64,000 nucleotides of DNA, taken from the NCBI RefSeq assembly GCF_048593235.1, contig NC_133620.1, forward strand, positions 296,127,765 to 296,191,764, in the 5' to 3' direction. The first letter of the stretch is position 1, and each line of letters starts with the position of its first letter. The DNA comes from Sminthopsis crassicaudata. Taxonomy: Eukaryota. Positions 35,400 to 64,000 of the stretch are shown here, in pieces. The translations under genes were made by a program, and so were the position numbers. Below the pieces are notes generated by a model. That model made no database searches. It had not been told where the DNA came from and worked only from the letters and a program-made list of their open reading frames with translations.

Positions 35400-36260
35400 C
35401 CCCTCCCTCCCTCTCGGATACTACGCCATCACACTCCCAGCAGAAAGCAGAGCCTAGACTCGGCCCCGCCCCACCCCCACCCTATCCCCTTTGGAGGAGG
35501 GGGACGAAAGAGGGAGGAGAGAGACTAGGTTGCATAATTAACCCTTCCTCAGCCCCTTATTGAGTGGAAGGGCCAGTAGCCCCCACGACCTAGGCACAAA
35601 GACATCCCTGCAGTTCGTTCCCAGTGGAGAGGTTGCCCACCAGATGCCACTAATTCGGGGTCTACGTTGGCAGTGCCCCGGAAGGGAGGCGGGTGCTCTC
35701 AGCGGGCTCGCAGCAAGAGTTCTGCGCCGCCCTGGGCGGAGCCTGGAGGGGGTCCCGGGGTCTTCCCCGCCCGGACCCCCCTAATCTGGGGCCCACAATC
35801 CTTCAGCGCCCCGCGGCCTTGAGTCTAGGGAAGGGCCGGCCGTGCGCGTCCGCGTCCGAGGAAAGAGGCCCAGGCCGGTCGGGGTAAGGTGAGGCGGGAC
35901 GTGGGAAAGGGGCCCAGGCGTCCCTGGCTCCGGCCCACCTGACTGTGATGGCGCCTCGTCCGCCAGGCCCAGTTCATCGCCTTGGCCGCTCCCGGCCACT
36001 CCGGCTAAGGCCACTTCTCGCTTCTGCTCCGGCTCCTGCTCTGACTTCGGTTCCGGCCCAACCCCCCCACCCCCCCCACCCCCCCCCAGTGCCCGGCCCG
36101 GCCCCGGCCCTGCCGCCGCTGCCGCCACCGCCGCCGCTGACATCATCGGTCCCCCTCCCCCCGGAAACACCCCCCCAGCACCCCCCTCAGACACACCGTC
36201 CCCCACCGCCGACACTGCTGCCTGGCCTGGAGAGAGAGGATGGGGGGGGGGGGGCGCTGA
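35400..36260 (-). promoter_or_regulatory. ZBTB4: CpG island: ZBTB4 promoter and upstream first exon (donor CAG|GTGGGC, exon end 35939)
   Basis: High GC and CpG content, (GCG)n runs, GC boxes, and a minus-strand donor at 35938-35933. Confidence 0.65.
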
Positions 36261-37510
36261 GCATACACAACCCACACACTCACCCCAGCGAGCTGGGTCA
36301 GCAACAACAAGCACAGGGACACAGTGCTACAACTGGGAGGAAAATGTAACATGTTACTCGTGATGACAGACAGCTGTGCCCCTAACAACATTACACAGCA
36401 ATACCCACAGTAACTGCTCTCCACCAGGCTAGGCCAGTAAGCAAAGGGTACATGTACCAGGCAGCACTTGTGTGGATGCAAAACAAAGTACTTGAATACA
36501 GTTCTGTATTGAAAGGGGGCCACAATACAGCATAAGGAAGGGGGTGGCAGACAGAAGAAAGAATACATAATACAAGATTCATATAATGCACCACCAGCAG
36601 GAATGGAAATACAACTCTGCCAGGGAGACAAAATGCACAAAAAAGGAGAAAGATGCATGGAGTAGCAATGCAGTCACACACACATGGTATAGGAGACACT
36701 GTAATCAGCTGTATTCTAGAAATATACATATCACTACTGAGGAACACTGGTATGCAGTCCACAGAAAATAAATGAGGACTCTAAGAATGCTTCACAGGCC
36801 AGGGCAGAAAGACATAATAGGAATAGGAAATAACTCCCACATCGTGAGAGGTGGAGGAGGGAGGGGAAAACTAGAAGATTGGACCAAGACACTTATATAT
36901 TCCTCCTAACATCAGGACATAGTGAGATTCCAAACAACTTTCCAGTCAGCCAAAGCACAAAATATAAGATTCACATGTGTGTCTACACACAACATATACC
37001 AGGATAAGTATCCATACATATGATCAATATACTAGACGACTGAGAAACTCAAAATACCCAAGCCAAAAAAAAAAAAATCAACTTATACAAATGTAAAAAT
37101 TATGCCATAGAAAGATGAGAGGGTCAGAAGCTGAAAAACAGCATAAGTAAAAGACTCAATGGTAGTCTTCAAAAGACAGGTAATAATACTCATTCTTGCA
37201 GAAACTTGGGAACAGCAGTAAATGACTTAAAGCAGCAGCACTCTGTTGATTGATGAAGTCTCAAGGAGAAAGACAGCAAATAGAGATCTACAACATTTAG
37301 AGTTCAGAAATGACAATACACAAGAGATGAGAAGTCGCTTCAGAGATTGACACAAAAAAAGATAGTCACAATTAGAAACAAACCTGATAAAACACAGGAA
37401 ATAATAGTGAATAGAGCAGAGTTAAAGAGAGACAAAAGATACCCTGTCTCTCAGGGATGACACCCCCAACTCCCACTCCAAGATTCCATGGGAGAACCTG
37501 ATCCCCTCCT

Positions 37511-37518
37511 TGAGGTCA
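37511..37518 (+). promoter_or_regulatory. CRE-like element TGAGGTCA upstream of SLC35G exon 1
   Basis: Motif lies 80 nt upstream of the start codon. Function is inferred only. Confidence 0.4.
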
Positions 37519-37597
37519 TAATGGCTAATGGCTGGAGCTCTGAGAAGCCAGGAAGAGCAGCAGAAGGCAGAAAGCAAACTATGGTGTCTAGAGAGCC

Positions 37598-39259
<1,662 letters not shown>

Positions 39260-39261
39260 GG

Positions 39262-39262
<1 letters not shown>

Positions 39263-39306
<44 letters not shown>
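39263..39306. repeat. (TG)22 microsatellite immediately after the SLC35G stop codon
   Basis: Directly visible. Confidence 0.95.
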
Positions 39307-39308
<2 letters not shown>

Positions 39309-39871
39309 GGGGGGTACAAAGTTGGGGCTTAGGACTCAATGTAGAGGAGAAAGTAACTCTCAATTACACTAGTAATTGGGAGTCAAAGAACAAGACAATC
39401 TTGGAAACTTGATCGAAATTACTGAAAACCAAAGACTGACTCTGGAGGACCTTCGGAAGAGAGGCTTAAAGGAATATAAGGGACAAAGCAGACCTGGAAC
39501 AGTAGGATTGGGAGGTAAATAGGAAGGATCTTAGAAGGCAAGTATTAGTTGGGTTTTCCAGGTAGGATAAGAGATGAAAGGCACACTTTCTATATGAAAA
39601 TAGGCAGGTGATTTCCAATGAGGCTGGGGAAGAGAGAACCCAAAGGGAGAATGACAGGTCATGGTGGGGAATGTGTGATAGAGAGTTGCTACGGATTGAC
39701 CTGGAAAACTCGAGTGGGAGAGACACAATGCTGACCTCAAATTAGGAAAAATCTAGGGGAGCCCTTGGCGTCATCTCTGCTTTGGGGTTGTGGGGGTGGG
39801 AGGAATCAGCCAACCCCTCTCCAGGTGATCCTGATTATTTGTGGATCGCAAATCCATCGCTGTCTCCTAAA

Positions 39872-39877
39872 AATAAA
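39872..39877 (+). terminator. Candidate SLC35G poly(A) signal AATAAA
   Basis: First clear AATAAA I noticed downstream of the stop codon, just before the POLR2A CpG island. Confidence 0.4.
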
Positions 39878-39989
39878 ATTTATTAGTGACAGAAGGGAGC
39901 CCCCTGGGGTATCTCCATCACCTAATAATAGACCTCAGGATTCATATACTGTTATGGGAAAGGACATTTGGTAGAATAGGCCTGGACTC

Positions 39990-63915
<23,926 letters not shown>

Positions 63916-64000
63916 GGGGGTGTTGGAGATGCTGGAAGCTGGAAGATGGGAGAGTTCAAAACCAAGTTATTTTCACTCTTTCCCTGCCACTTCCAAGATG

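Noticed and set aside
36300-37430. Strand-biased CA/A-rich region with 120-170 aa ORFs
   Set aside because: The ORFs are Cys/Tyr-rich compositional artefacts with no recognisable domain or consistent exon structure.

Overview
This is eukaryotic (mammalian) genomic DNA, not prokaryotic. It is a gene-dense block in the same order as human 17p13.1: TMEM102 (3' end, +), FGF11 (+), CHRNB1 (+), ZBTB4 (-), an SLC35G3/6-type gene (+, in the ZBTB4 5' region) and POLR2A (+). Marsupial-type SINEs, RTE fragments and L1 3' ends point to a marsupial, probably a dasyurid (inference). I built exon models by hand from splice sites and remembered human proteins. FGF11 (5 coding exons, 233 aa), CHRNB1 (11 exons, 502 aa), SLC35G (2 exons, 346 aa) and POLR2A (29 exons, 1970 aa, 52 CTD heptads) splice into intact frames. 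ZBTB4 has two frameshifts at homopolymer runs, most likely assembly errors. I found no wholly new gene system. The best leads are: a protein-like 69-codon ORF in the ZBTB4 upstream exon that could be a uORF or an in-frame N-terminal extension; two pore-lining M2 substitutions in CHRNB1; a strong-context uORF in the POLR2A leader; a GC-AG intron in POLR2A; a young L1 insertion with a perfect 17-bp target-site duplication (TSD); and a near-perfect CTCF motif inside TMEM102 coding sequence. All comparisons with human or other proteins are from memory and need database confirmation.
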